Positions 11,682 to 23,905 of a DNA stretch of 64,000 nt are shown here, piece by piece. Where the stretch lies: positions 930,001 through 994,000 of the forward strand of contig NIVC01000089.1 in assembly GCA_002269645.1 (NCBI GenBank), in the 5' to 3' direction. Source of the stretch: Macrostomum lignano (Eukaryota). The translations under genes were made by a program, and so were the position numbers. The notes under the pieces were generated by a model. It searched no databases and had not been told where the DNA came from. It was given only the letters and a program-made list of their open reading frames with translations. Numbering within the stretch: the stretch's first letter is position 1; every line of letters begins with the position of its first letter.

Positions 11682-14273
11682 CCAGTGTGCGGATCATGTA
11701 CCCGTGTACGCTGGAAAAAATTCGGGCATCAAGGCATTTGTATGCCAGTGTACGCCAAAAACAAAAAGTTGCACTAAAATGTACACCAAAAATTCCTAAA
11801 AAAGGTCATTCGGTTTTAACGAGTAGAGTTTTCTAAGAAAGGCTTTCGTATGAAAAGTGTTTTTAAAATATTACGAATATTTTCAATTTAAACAAACTTA
11901 AACTATAACTACAAAAAATATCATGCAAAATTAATACTTCTAGCAAAATTTTACACTAATTTTATTTATTTTTAACTTAAAAGTAGGGACTCCAGTGAGA
12001 TTTTGAAACTTTAAAATTTATATATTTTCAGATATGTATCTGATAGAGGACAATAACAGCATCACAAAATGGCTTCACTTATTAAATTTGGTTGAGTAAT
12101 AAAAAAGTTATAGCATTTTTTGTGCCCAAAAAATTACGTTTTTTAGATAGGAAAAATACATTATAGATTGTTGCCATTAGATGTACAAAAACAAAATTTT
12201 TCACTTTTTGTTGTCATATCTTTTTTGCTATTCAATATACAATATTGAGTCTGGTATCATTTTAAAGACCAAGCAGTTCTATATAAGATTAACAAATTGT
12301 TTTTATTCTTTCTAATGTATCTTTCTTGGGGTTTGCATTTGAATTTTTAAAAAGTGAAAAATGCACATCAAAAATAGAGCAAAATTAAAATTTCAAATGA
12401 CTATTATTTAAAAGTTAATTGCCTTTTCTGAAATCTTTTTTATTTGTTTACTCCACAACATATAAAAGTATATATTTTTATACCATTTTTTCCTATATAT
12501 TGACAAAGGTTAAAAAATTCACCAATTTTGTGACTTTTTTGCTACTGGAACTTGATAGCATATCTTAAAATTGCACATTTTTCAACTTTGAATGATTATA
12601 TTTTTTAGACTAATGAATATATATAAAGTTTGATTTGTTTTTTTAATGAAAAACATATGAAAATGTTTTTTTTGTGTACTTTGGTTTATTTAAAAGCTCT
12701 TGTTCTTTTTTTCCAATATTATTGCTTGTTGAGTAGCTGCAACTGAAGACTGAAGTTAGCATATATTTAATGCTTATTGTCTTTACACACATAATGTATA
12801 TTGTCTGCTTTGCTTTTTAACTGTAAAACATATAGGTAAATAATTGTTGATACTATTATTGTCTTGTATATTTTTTGATTGAGCCTATCCTTATTGTAAA
12901 ATTGTATATTGTGAATAAAGTTACCGATGAACATTTCTGTAAACAAGTGTAAAGAAGTATTTAAAAATATATTGTACTTAAAATTGTATATTGTGAAGTT
13001 GCTTATTAAACTTACAAATGGAATAAACACAATTTCTTATGAAATTCAGTTCATTTTTATAGGAGTTTGAATTGCAGACCAAGGTTACGTGCATTCAAGG
13101 GGTCATTTATTGGGATTGCAATTGCTATAGCTCAATAAGCTAAAGCATACATTTATTTGTATTATTTTGCCTTCAAAACTAATTTGCAATGGTAAAACGT
13201 CTTCTTTTTGGTTAAGAAAAGCCATAATAAGCCACTTTTTATAGAAGTAGTATGTAAGTAGTATCGCTACTAAAAAGCAAACATTGCTGCTGCTCCTCGG
13301 CGGATGTATGTGGAAAGATATAAAAGTGCTGTGAAAAATTCCTATAAGTTCCTCTATTAAATGCAGTAGAAGAATAGTCTTCGGAAATTACTGCTAGAAA
13401 AAAATTTAAATTTTCTGTTTTATCCGTCTATTTTACACTGAAGAGATAGGAAAAAAACAGGCTTCAATAACTTTTTGGCGGATGTAGATAGACATGTGCG
13501 GTTTTTTTTAATGTAATCATATTACGGAGTAGCATTCATTTCCGGGTTTTACTAAGCTTTGGAAATACGGGTACGATTTTTATTCAACTTTAATTTTTTT
13601 ATACTGTCTAAATAAAGAGAAAAGAAAAAAAATTTCTTCTAAAAATGTCAAAAAATGTTTGTAAATATAGTTGTTTGTATCAATAAATAGTTATATTTTG
13701 TTAAAATAATTGCTTTCCAACAAAAAAACGAACTTTCGAAAGTCACTTTTTTTGGCAACAAAACGAGTGTATTAAAAAAAAGACGAAGTTCAGTGGGACA
13801 TTACTCGGCATACAATGTATATATTTTTTGTTTCTTTATCTCATTAAAAAGAATAGAAACTCTTCTTTAACATGTATATTTTGTTTTTACTATAAACATT
13901 TTCTATGCATGGCAATTTCATTTTTAAAAAACATTATTTTACGATTTTTCGTGTAATTATCAGCTTTACGGTAACCTCACTGGAGTCCCTATTAAAAGAA
14001 GCAAAATGTTTATCACTGACGATAGAAATTTTCCTTTACTTTACGTAAAAACATTTAATTTACATTACAATTCTCATGCACGGCATGAATTTATTCACCA
14101 AAATTTGTATGCCAAAAAAGTATACGTGGCTGTATTACTTGTGTACGCCAATAGTGTACGCCAACAAAGTGCGCCAGGGTTTGTGTACGCCGATTGTGTA
14201 CGCCAAGGACTTAGGGTGGCCGTTTTGTACGCCGGAAAAGTTCCGGCATACATGCATACCATCCGCAACCTGG
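11682..14273. mobile_element. Non-autonomous hAT-type element (CCAG...CTGG termini) hosting a nested element
   Basis: Perfect 8-bp TSD GTTTTAAT (11674-11681, 14274-14281); imperfect TIR CCAGTGTGCGGAT versus CCAGGTTGCGGAT; subterminal GTGTACGCC repeats at both ends. Confidence 0.85.
11984..13991. mobile_element. Non-autonomous 2.0-kb TIR element related to the 3415-9974 transposon
   Basis: TIR TAGGGACTCCAGTGAG / CTCACTGGAGTCCCTA; perfect 7-bp TSD TTAAAAG (11977-11983, 13992-13998); AT-rich, no coding capacity seen. Confidence 0.85.
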
Positions 14274-14411
14274 GTTTTAATTTCTTTTCTAAATAATATA
14301 TTAATGTTTTGATAGAATTTTTTAAATATACAAATATCCCTATTAGGACAAGTGATATTTTCGTAGATAGTGTCTAGTATACTTTGAAAAGTATTAATGC
14401 ACTTAGTATAT

Positions 14412-15471
14412 TGAGGTGGGGGTGGAAAAAAAGTTTTCTTGGAACGGTTGGTTTTGAAGTTTGCTGACATCAGTGAGGTAGAGTGGATTCCATGTTTGGA
14501 TTGCCACTGACGTTGAGTTTGCACAAATAAAACCGGAAAAATTGCGCAGTTGAATCTCAATGGGAAAACTTTCTCCTTTTACTCCAACTGCCAGGTTCTC
14601 AAGTCCAGGGGGAGGGTAGTCGTAATCCTAGCAGAGCGTTTATGTAGCAGCCCGGTCGTTCAAAGCAATAAAACACCAGAGAATTTTGACACTGTAAACT
14701 AATGCGTTGAGTTGCTGAGTTTGTTACCTTCAGTAGGGTAGTTGCTGCTACCACCATAATTTATGTATTATGGAACAAATAAGTCTCAGAGCTTTCTTTG
14801 AGATGAGAACTTTAGTTATTTTATGCCCCACGGGCAAATGACTCAATAAGATACTATGGCTTATAGATCAATGAATAAATATGGATTCAAAGTTTATTAA
14901 GTGTTGTTACTTATTTATTGATGAGCAGGCTAAAATTCTTTGATGTTATTTTTGGACAAAGATGAAATTTGCAGGCGGCACCTAGGTGCTAAATGAAATA
15001 GAAATTAGATACGCTGAGTTTTAAGGAGCCAAACAGGCAAAAATGGCAAAAGATGGAAACAATGAAAAGAAAAAAAAGAAAAGAACAGGAAGGGGATGAA
15101 CATTTCATGAAAATAGAAGGGGTTTATATAGCAGAGAAAACAGGTCCACATATAGGAGCATCTAGTGGACAAAACATTAGACATACACAGTTTACAAATT
15201 GGGTCGCATGCAAAAACCATTGGGAGAAACGTGTTTCAACAAAACTTCCAGCACAAGGGCATGCATGTGCACTGCATGGACTAACTGTTGGAAAAACCGT
15301 CCAACATTGCCATATACAAAGTCCCATACAAAAGTCCCATATTGCCACATACGAAGTCCAAACCAAAGAAAATAAAATTTAATTTTTGTGCACTGCGCGG
15401 ACAGTCTTAGTGGAAACAGTTTTAGTTAGTCATCAATACTTGTTCAATCAAAGTGGCATCCGCCTGTCACA
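14412..15471 (-). repeat. 3' LTR of Gypsy element (1060 bp)
   Basis: Direct repeat of 29843-30853, with a ~50-bp extra segment near 15300-15350. Confidence 0.93.
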
Positions 15472-16110
15472 TGCATGAGGTGGCAGAGAGAATGATAAGA
15501 AACTCAGCAGCAGCCACCAGCCTCGGGCAGCAGAAATGCAGCCTCTGCAGTTGGCCGGGCAAGAGGCGTGGCTGGCTCCGTCAGGCTGAGTTGGTGGGTC
15601 GGGTTGCTTGTTTGTGGCTACAAGGCCAGTGCTTGAGGGCCAGCCATAAATGTGGACCTGGCTGTCCACGATGCTCAAGCATTCTAGATATTTGTCCAGG
15701 GCTGCATTCCAATATGCTTTTAAACGGGGCAGCCACCCATTCTGCAGCAGGCCTGCCTCCATATAAGCGAGGGTAAGCAGCATGGCCAGGGCTAGCCGGG
15801 CTCTAGCCGGTCCTTCATGTAGGCCCTCCTTGGCGAGGGCAAGCTGTTGATCTAGGATGGCCTTGGTGATCTCGGGTGGCACCATACCGCAGAAGAAATG
15901 CCACTGTACATCAATTTGGATTCAGCCCTTTCGGGTGGCCTGGCGCACGGCCTCTTCTATAGCTTGCTGGAGGCATACACGGGCAGGGGCTTCACCGGTG
16001 GCCGTGGCGGTAAGGGCGCGCATGGTGATGACTTCCTCCAGGTGCAACCATGGCGCTCAGGCGAGAGTGGCGCTCATGTCAGGGGCTCGACTGCGCACAG
16101 AAGGTTCCAT
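15448..16110 (-). pseudogene. Extra (third) ORF of the Gypsy element, ~220 codons, interrupted by two in-frame TGA; function unknown
   Basis: ATG at 16110 is in frame with ORF 15448-15885; GC-rich coding-like sequence; both stops sit where CGA (Arg) would restore the frame. Confidence 0.55.
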
Positions 16111-17000
16111 GGCGTTGGTCAATAGTTGGACAGAAAATAAATAAATAGAATAAATAAATAAATAGATATGTACAAAGATATTCACAGGAATAAGTCAGAG
16201 GGGTCACAGCTGCTAAATAAAAATTTGCCAATTAGGATTTACGATAATCGCAGGGAAAATTTACAGTATGCAATGAACAGAGCCACTTGGCTGCTTTATA
16301 TACTTGGAAAAGCTGCCCAATCGATGAATAAAGGAGATTCACGCGCTGGAACAAGGCACCAGTCACCGCCCCTCATGCACTCTATGGCGGACGCACATGG
16401 AGGTGGGGTGGGTGACCAATGGAGGAATAATAAAACAGATAGCTAGCCGCGGCAGAGGGGCTAACTTAGAATGAAATGAGGCGCCTTAAACGGCTCACAT
16501 AAAATGAAGAGGGCGGTTAAGAAAGGCTGGTTAATGCATAAACAATAGCTAAAATAATATAAAATAGTAAGGGAGCAAAGGCAGGCTCTTTACTATTGAT
16601 AATGTTAGAATAAAGTAGGTTAGCTACCGATATGGCATGCAGAGGCTCCATAGGGAGTTACAATGAAACAGGGGCTACCTTGCGCTAGGGGAAGGGAGCC
16701 AAAACTGGCAGGCCCTTGCAAAGTTCCCAGGCTCGAGCAAAATCAAACAAAGAGCATGGGTTGAGTCACCTCAAAAGCCCTCCACTGAAAGACAAGGCCT
16801 GGATCCGGGGTGCTTGACCTGAATGAAGCACAGACAAAATTGGCCCTTACACAGCGGGCTCACAAAAGCAGAAAAAAAGGGGACCTTCCGCTTTAATTGA
16901 ACTAGAAGGTTTATAAAAATTAACTGCTTTTCTCCCGAAAGCATAAGGAAAAGAAAGGATTACTTCCACACTTTGACCGTGTGCATAGAAGTTTTTAATA

Positions 17001-18318
17001 CGAGGGGTGATCAAAAATTTCTGCAAGTGACCTCACAACTCAGTGCTACAGCAGCCGAGGCGTCTAATCGGAGTCACATTCCCTCAAAGTACTTTCCACC
17101 ACTATCCATGCACTGTTGCATGCGTGCGCACCATGTCTGAAAGCAGTCATGGTACTCCGAAGTTGGTATACCCTGTAGAGCTGAATGTACCGCTTGGGCA
17201 AGGTCTTGCATGCGTGAAAGTGGCCTCCTAGAAATGACGGATTTGATCCTTGGGAACAGCCAAAAGTCGCACGATGCTAGGTCTAGAGAGTAGGGTGGAT
17301 GGGGCAGCAGCCAGACCCCCTGCTGCTCCAGGTATGCCATGGTTGAGGCCACTCTGTGCGGTGCCGCATTGTCATGGTGCAGCAGGAGTCGAGGTCCATG
17401 CCTGGTTCGCACACGTTCCTGCCGCTCCTGCAGCACGCCTGGCAGAACAGTGTCTGTGTAGTACCTGGAAGTCACTGTGGCACCTGCTGGAAGGAAGTTT
17501 ACCGATAGAACACCCTGAGAGTTGAAAAAATGGTGAACATCCACTTCCAACTACGGAATCCGGTCTTCAGCACCTCAGGCCTTGGCTCATCTTCTGCCAG
17601 CCAGAACATGTTGGACTGCTTATCCTTCATGGTAAAAGAAGGAGATCCAACATTCGTCTCCTGTGATGACATCCGACAGTCGTCGTGGGCCGTGGGGCTC
17701 AAACATGTGCACCTATAAGCAACAGATGTGCACCCTCTCTGCTTGCTGCTCCGGAGTGAGAAGATGGGGTACCCACCGAGCGCAGGTCTTTGTGCGGCCT
17801 AGTTGCTCATGCATGATGTTATGAGCACTTCTATAGCTGACACCAAGCTCATAGGCAAGGAATCTCAGCATAATGCTCCAATCCTCACAAATTATTGCAT
17901 CGGCATGGGCCACGACATCTTCGGTCACGGATGTCCAGGGTCGGCCAGACCTCGGTTCATCGTTGAAGCTGTCCCAGCCTTCCAAGAAATGGCGCAGCCA
18001 GCGGGCAACCATGTCAAATGATGGAGCAGAGTCAGCTAAAACATTCACCAGATCGGTGTGAATCTCAGTCCCTTTGCAACCAAGTTGCATGCGCATAAAG
18101 ATATAGAAGCGAACACTGTCTTTTGATGGTTCCATCAGCTACTGAAAACACATGGAAAATATATGTCTGTGAAATTTTACTGGAGCACATTTGGAAGCCA
18201 AAAATGCATATAAATATAGCTAACAGATATAGCCGCATATGTGTAAGTTTTTGGCTTTTCCCGATTTTATAACTAAAAGCTATAACAAAAGGTTGCAGAA
18301 CTTTTTGATCAACCCTCG
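17001..18318 (-). mobile_element. Mariner (irritans-like) element, 1318 bp, nested in the Gypsy 3' region
   Basis: TA TSDs (16999-17000, 18319-18320); ~28-bp TIR CGAGGG(G/T)TGATCAAAAA(T/G)TTCTGCAA. Confidence 0.93.
17074..18135 (-). pseudogene. Mariner D,D34D transposase, frameshifted
   Basis: WVPHLLT, HHDNA and YSLDLASCDFWLFP (YSPDLAPxD) motifs split over three ORF fragments. Confidence 0.92.
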
Positions 18319-18459
18319 TAAATGGGGATTTGCAAAATTAGATAAAAACGCAAAGTACTGTATCGCATTGATTAAATATTGATGTGTTGAATAAATATCA
18401 GTCGCATTGATTAAATGGAAATTTCACTGTACATGAGAACTGAAAGGTTCAACATTCTG

Positions 18460-18862
18460 CTTTTAGCTGGAAAGCATAAGGAAAAATACAGAATAGAACA
18501 GCAAATGAGAAAATTTGTTGCTTTTATCCCTCAAGCATAAGGAAAAGTACAAATTGGCTGCTTTTATCCCTGAAGCATAAGGAAAAATACATTGAAATAA
18601 AAATTGATGCCTGCTTTTATCCGGAAAGCATAAGGGAAAGAGAATTGCTTTTATCCCTGAAGCATAAAGAAAAGTACATTGAAATTTAAAATTTATATAT
18701 GCTTTTATCCAGAAAGCATAAGGAAAAGAGTACCTGCTTTTATCCCTGAAGCATAAGAAAAGTACATTGAACGGAAAATTAAAATTTGATGCCGGCTTTT
18801 ATTCAGAAAGCATAAGGAAAAGAGAATTGCTTTTATCCCTGAAGCATAAGGAAAAGTACATT
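18460..18862. repeat. Composite tandem repeat (TGCTTTTATCCCTGAAGCATAAGGAAAAG...) in the Gypsy post-pol region
   Basis: Repeated units; a related copy at ~16925 on the far side of the mariner insertion. Confidence 0.8.
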
Positions 18863-21800
18863 GAGGGTGAATCCAAAATTTAGTACAGATTTTCTGTCCT
18901 GGACATTTTTTTATTTAAATTTTCACTAAAACAGTTTTTTAACAAAATTAATATATCAGAAAACTTTTTGTAAAGTTTTAAGCACAAGAAATACACTGGA
19001 ACAGAAATAATGCACTTTTAAATTTTTCTAAACATCGATGAGTGGAACTTTGGCATTGATGAGTGGAACCTTGGTGTTGATGAGTAGAACCTTGGCATCA
19101 ATGAGTGGAACCTTGGCGTTGATGAGTGGAACCTTGGTGTTGATGAGTGGAACCTTGGCGTTGATGAGTGCATATGAGATAAGAAATATACTAACCTGAA
19201 TCTTTTATTTTGCTATTTCAACTTACCATATATTTTGTCATCTATTGCCATGAATAAAGAAATAAAAAACTGCACACTTAGCCTTTAAAGTCGTTTTCTT
19301 ATGCTAGAGAAATGATAACTGCACAGTGTATGAAACAATGCATATAGCATTTAAAGACAATAGTATAGGTGGATAATGTTTACTTGGCATAAGCACTAAA
19401 ATGCAGTAGTTCGAAAAAATTGACAAAATTATTGAAAATTATTTTAAATTATTTTAAATTATTAAATTATAAGAAAAAGCTAATGGCAATTGACACTAGA
19501 TACAGCCCAGATCATATGGCGCTATACAATTCTTCAATGCGAGCATACTCGGTGTCTGGCAGGCAAAAAATCGGTCGGCGAACTGTGCTGACTGGCACTA
19601 ACTGCGGTGGCGTCAAGCACACAGCCAGCACAGAGCCCGCCTCGATCCACTAGGTGTCTTTTTTTCCACATGAATCTGCAAAAGGAAGCATGACAAAAAT
19701 GCATTAATAGCTTGGCAGCTGCTTTAAAGTTAAAGTACGTATATATTTCTGATCCAACCTAAAAGATACCTGGCAGGACTTCCAATGTTTAAACCAAAAT
19801 ATATTAATCTGATATGAATATGACAAACTTAAATCTGTTAATTTACCAATTTGGCTAGGTCATAGTCATGAAGGAGATGTAGATGTCCCCTTCCTTCACT
19901 TCCTTGACTTCCCCAAGGTACTAGCTGGTCTCGTATGCTACAGCAACAAAGGAGTTTATTGTTGCAGTTGGCAGCGGCAGCTCAATTATTTCGTCCAGAA
20001 TGACTGCTTCTGCTGGCACCTCATGTGTTGTTAGGTCTGGGCTCCAGGTTGTGGTGTTGAAGCAGCCTGTGCATCCAGTTGCTGTGCACTGGCAGGCCAA
20101 CTGACAGTACAGGATGTCAGTGGCTTCAGTGCACTCAACATGGTGTGCTCTTAAAATGCCTACGATCGGTGGCACCGTGACATTTTGAAGGATGCTCTTC
20201 AATGCGTCAATCTTCTCAGAGGTTACCTTTAAATAGAAGAATAGAGGTTAACTAAATTGTAAGTGCGTGGGATTTTTAGCAGTTAAAAATAATTATTTTA
20301 CAGGGTACTCTAGAACAATTATTGCTGTACTTCATTTACCTGCATAAATAGGATTTTTGAATTGCGAAGACCTCCATTCATCGCAGCTTCCACATCTGTG
20401 ACAGTGATAACAGACTCTCCCCAAGCCACGGCCTCATCACATTGGCGCTTAATGGCGGCGCTAACTCCGTCAGGAGCGCCCTTGCTGTGGTTGGCTTTGG
20501 TGAAAACCCACTGCCAGTTTGAGATGCCACGCGCTGCCAACTCCCGCTGAAAGAGATACACCTTGTATCTGTTGCGATACAGCAATGACGGTGAGTTGGA
20601 CACAATTGTGACCCGTCTGGTCTCACAAATTGACTGGCAGTGGTCCAGGATGGGCTGCAAGTGCGCAGTGACTGCTTTGGCCACCTTTCAGCGATTGGTC
20701 GACAGAGTTGCAAATGGTGTCAGGTCTGCGCCCTAGATTATTGTAAGGTTACACCATGGCAATGTGTATCGCAATAGTATCGCAATATCGCAATAGCTTA
20801 ATAGTTTTAATGATCTTGCCTTCAAGTAGCATATCCCTTGATGAATTACAACTTCTGGATTACTGCTATAGTGTGCGCTTGTTACTTCATGGCCATATTT
20901 TCCCATGTAATTCTTGGAAAAGTTGACGTGGATGACTACGTGGCCATCTTCCAGCAACAATCAAACAGCGCGGATGTACCCAAACTGATGTTTGATGCAA
21001 TTGAAATGGCAGGAGTATTTTTTAAGAGTCTGCTAAAAGGCTTCAACCACCATAGCCAGGTTGTCACATTTCTTAATTGGAAGAAAGCAAGAAGTGTTAG
21101 TACATATCTGATCACTTTGGAGTTGTCAAGCTGCTGTGATAGTCTCAAATGTACTATACTGATATCATATTTTCATTAAATACTAACTATTTTAAAAAGC
21201 ACTCCAAAAGGAGTAGTCAGAATTTTACCTGAACACACTGGGTCGATTTGAAATTGTTATCATTGACCGTCAAGGCCCACTGGTGATAGGTCAGCATTTG
21301 GGATGCAGCGCTCGAAAGGTGCATAGGAATGCACTTGTCCCTGCAGGCTGCACATTCTCTTTGCAGACAAGCTGCCAAAGCAGGTGACTGGCCGGAGTCG
21401 CACAGGATCTGCTGTAGCAGCTGGTGCTTGTCGCAACTGGATATGAGGTGCTTGCTGAAGAGGGCGTCGCCCAAGAGCTATGAAAGGTGCAAGCAAGATC
21501 ACTTTTAAGAATCGAAATTGGTTCACGCCTAAGTCATCCATGCATATTAAAATATAAGGCATTTTCAGATTCCTAAAAGAAGAAATTTTAACTTACATCA
21601 AGATTGCTGCAGGTCATGCAGTGGCAAATGCCCCTGTCATTGAGCCGTGGCTTTACGACATAAAATGGTCAAATGGCATAAAATGTCGAATGGCCAATGG
21701 AAACGTTAGGATTCTCTGATCTGAACTTCTCAAAAAGCACTTCGATTGAAAAGTTCAAGAAGCACTTCTGCATTTTGACCTTTTTCTTGGTCTTAGTCTC

Positions 21801-23787
21801 GTTTGTTGACGCCATCATGCGCATATTGTTGTTGCAATTATAAAACTCAGCGACTAGCACTCTCCGACTAAGTCTTGCGTTGACAGCCAGGCTCATTTGG
21901 CCTTTGCTGACTTCATTGAGGGTTTGATAATCGAGACACAACTTCTGGACAAGGAAGCGACACGCCTTTGCTCCTTTGAGGTTTTTGCAAATCTGTTAAA
22001 AAGGTTTGTTAGTGAACATTAAGTTAACTCAGGACACAAGAAGTAATATAAGATTTTGCTGAGGTCACAAGACAACAATTGTAAAAGACATGTAAACCAT
22101 ACCTTCTTAGCCAACTTGGTGATCGACTTGTTTCGTGTATGCTGGGCAAGTGCATCAAACGTTGCCTCTGCAGCTTCAGCTTGTGCATTCTGGAGTTTCA
22201 GGCAAGCACGTCGCAGCTTAGCCTGCCGAACACTAGCACTCTGCCACTTTGCCCGCCGGGTAGGCTCTTGCGGCTTTTTTGCAGAAGCTTTAGTGGTTTT
22301 CTGTAAATATTCATTTTAAACAGAGATCAAGTTCTATGTACACAACCTGATATAGAAAAAAGCACATTAAAATTAGTCTTCAAACTTACCAAATGGTATA
22401 GACACTTTCTGAGTCATTCAAATGTAGTTATAAGTTTGCTGTTTTGAATTTTCAGCATTTGCCGCTCTTCTAAGGCTCGTCGTCATTCTCAAGCAGAGGC
22501 AGCAACACTACAAGCAGAGCTTGGTGTATAGCTGCAGCTGAATGATTCTGTTGCAGATTTAGAGCCACCGATTGCAGACTTTGGACTCAAAGTAACAACT
22601 TTGTCAGCAGGCAGGACAGCAGCAGCTGGGTCAGCAGGCAGGACAGCAGCAGCTGGGTCAGCAGGCAGGACAGCAGCAGCTGGGTCAGCAGGCAATACAG
22701 CAGCTACAGCTCCTTTAGCCTCTCCAGCCATCTTTTTCCGCAGGTGATCATTTTTGCAACGACTGCGAATATCACGCTGACTCATACTGCTCTTCTTTTT
22801 CTCGGCATATCGCTTTGAAGCAGTAGCTTGATGAGCCCTAAAGGCTTCAGGGTTTTCAGCTTTTTGCTTTGCAATAAAATGTTGATCACGTGCTTTCTTC
22901 AAATCAGGATTGATTGCAACCATTGCTAAAAGTGAGAATTAAAAATTTTATACCATTAGCTGGTTTTGGAAAATGAGAATAACAGATTTAAAACTAACTC
23001 AACATATAAATATTCTAGAATCTTAATAAAGAAGAGTCCAAAGTCATAAGGCAATTTGAACATAGAACTTCAAAAGCTTTATAGAATTTTTTCTATAATT
23101 TATCATTTTTAGTATAGGCTTAAAAATAAAATTTTGCTACATTAATAATGTATTTAAAAATGTACTCTATGCCATGCCAGATGTTCTTCATTAAATACAA
23201 TACTAAAACTTGTTAATCTACTTTAAGCATAGAAACAAGTTTCTAGGACAATAAAGTCTTATCTCTAAGATTTTTAGATCATATTCTAAAAACAAATATT
23301 TTTAAATACCTAGATAATGATAATTCTTAGCTATAAAACAATAATGCATGCTACTTGTCAACACATTAAACTTAAGGATTACTGTAAAAAAACAGTACAG
23401 TAATTTTTCTGCATGAATGCTGCTAATGCAGCTTGAAAATTCTCTATGTTTTACTCATTCAGCAATTTTTATAACTCATCAATAGCAGTGTTCCACTCAT
23501 CGATGGCAGTGTTCCACTCATCAAGGCCAATGTTCTACTCAACGATGCCATCAATGAGTGGAAACCTAGTGCTATTTTTTGTATCTACAAGTAATACACA
23601 AACATATTGGGACTCAAAATTTATGAAAATATTGTCACAATACAAACATCTGTACAATATTATACTGTTGAAATTAGAAACAAAATAATATAAATGATAT
23701 AGCTGTTCAAAAGGCGTTGATGAGTGGAAGTGTTGTGCTAACTAAAAATGGTCTAAACTAAAAAAATTCTCTAACTAAAAGAGAATT
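18863..23787 (-). mobile_element. Sola2-like DNA transposon, degenerate, nested in Gypsy; right terminus not recognisable
   Basis: Left end GAGGGTG; inverted 21-bp subterminal GATGAGTGGAAC arrays at ~19035-19170 and ~23450-23540; Gypsy repeat context appears to resume at ~23788. Confidence 0.65.
19921..22923 (-). pseudogene. Spliced Sola2-type transposase pseudogene
   Basis: EFYNCNNNMR...QKCFL...FRSENP, IHVNFSKNY (DFSENY), VSNSPSLLYRN (SDxPxxQYRN), FTKANHSKGAPDGVSAAIKR (EAGHGKGxxDGVGxxIKR); 27-bp coding repeat PADPAAAVL; catalytic Asp residues mutated, stops and frameshifts. Confidence 0.8.
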
Positions 23788-23905
23788 AAAATGGAAAATT
23801 AAAATCGGCTTTCAGCACAGAGCAAGTGCAGAGAAAGCTTATAGCAAAACTAAAATTTGGAACGCATTTGCAGATTCAACTACTACTAGTAATGCACATC
23901 AAAAG

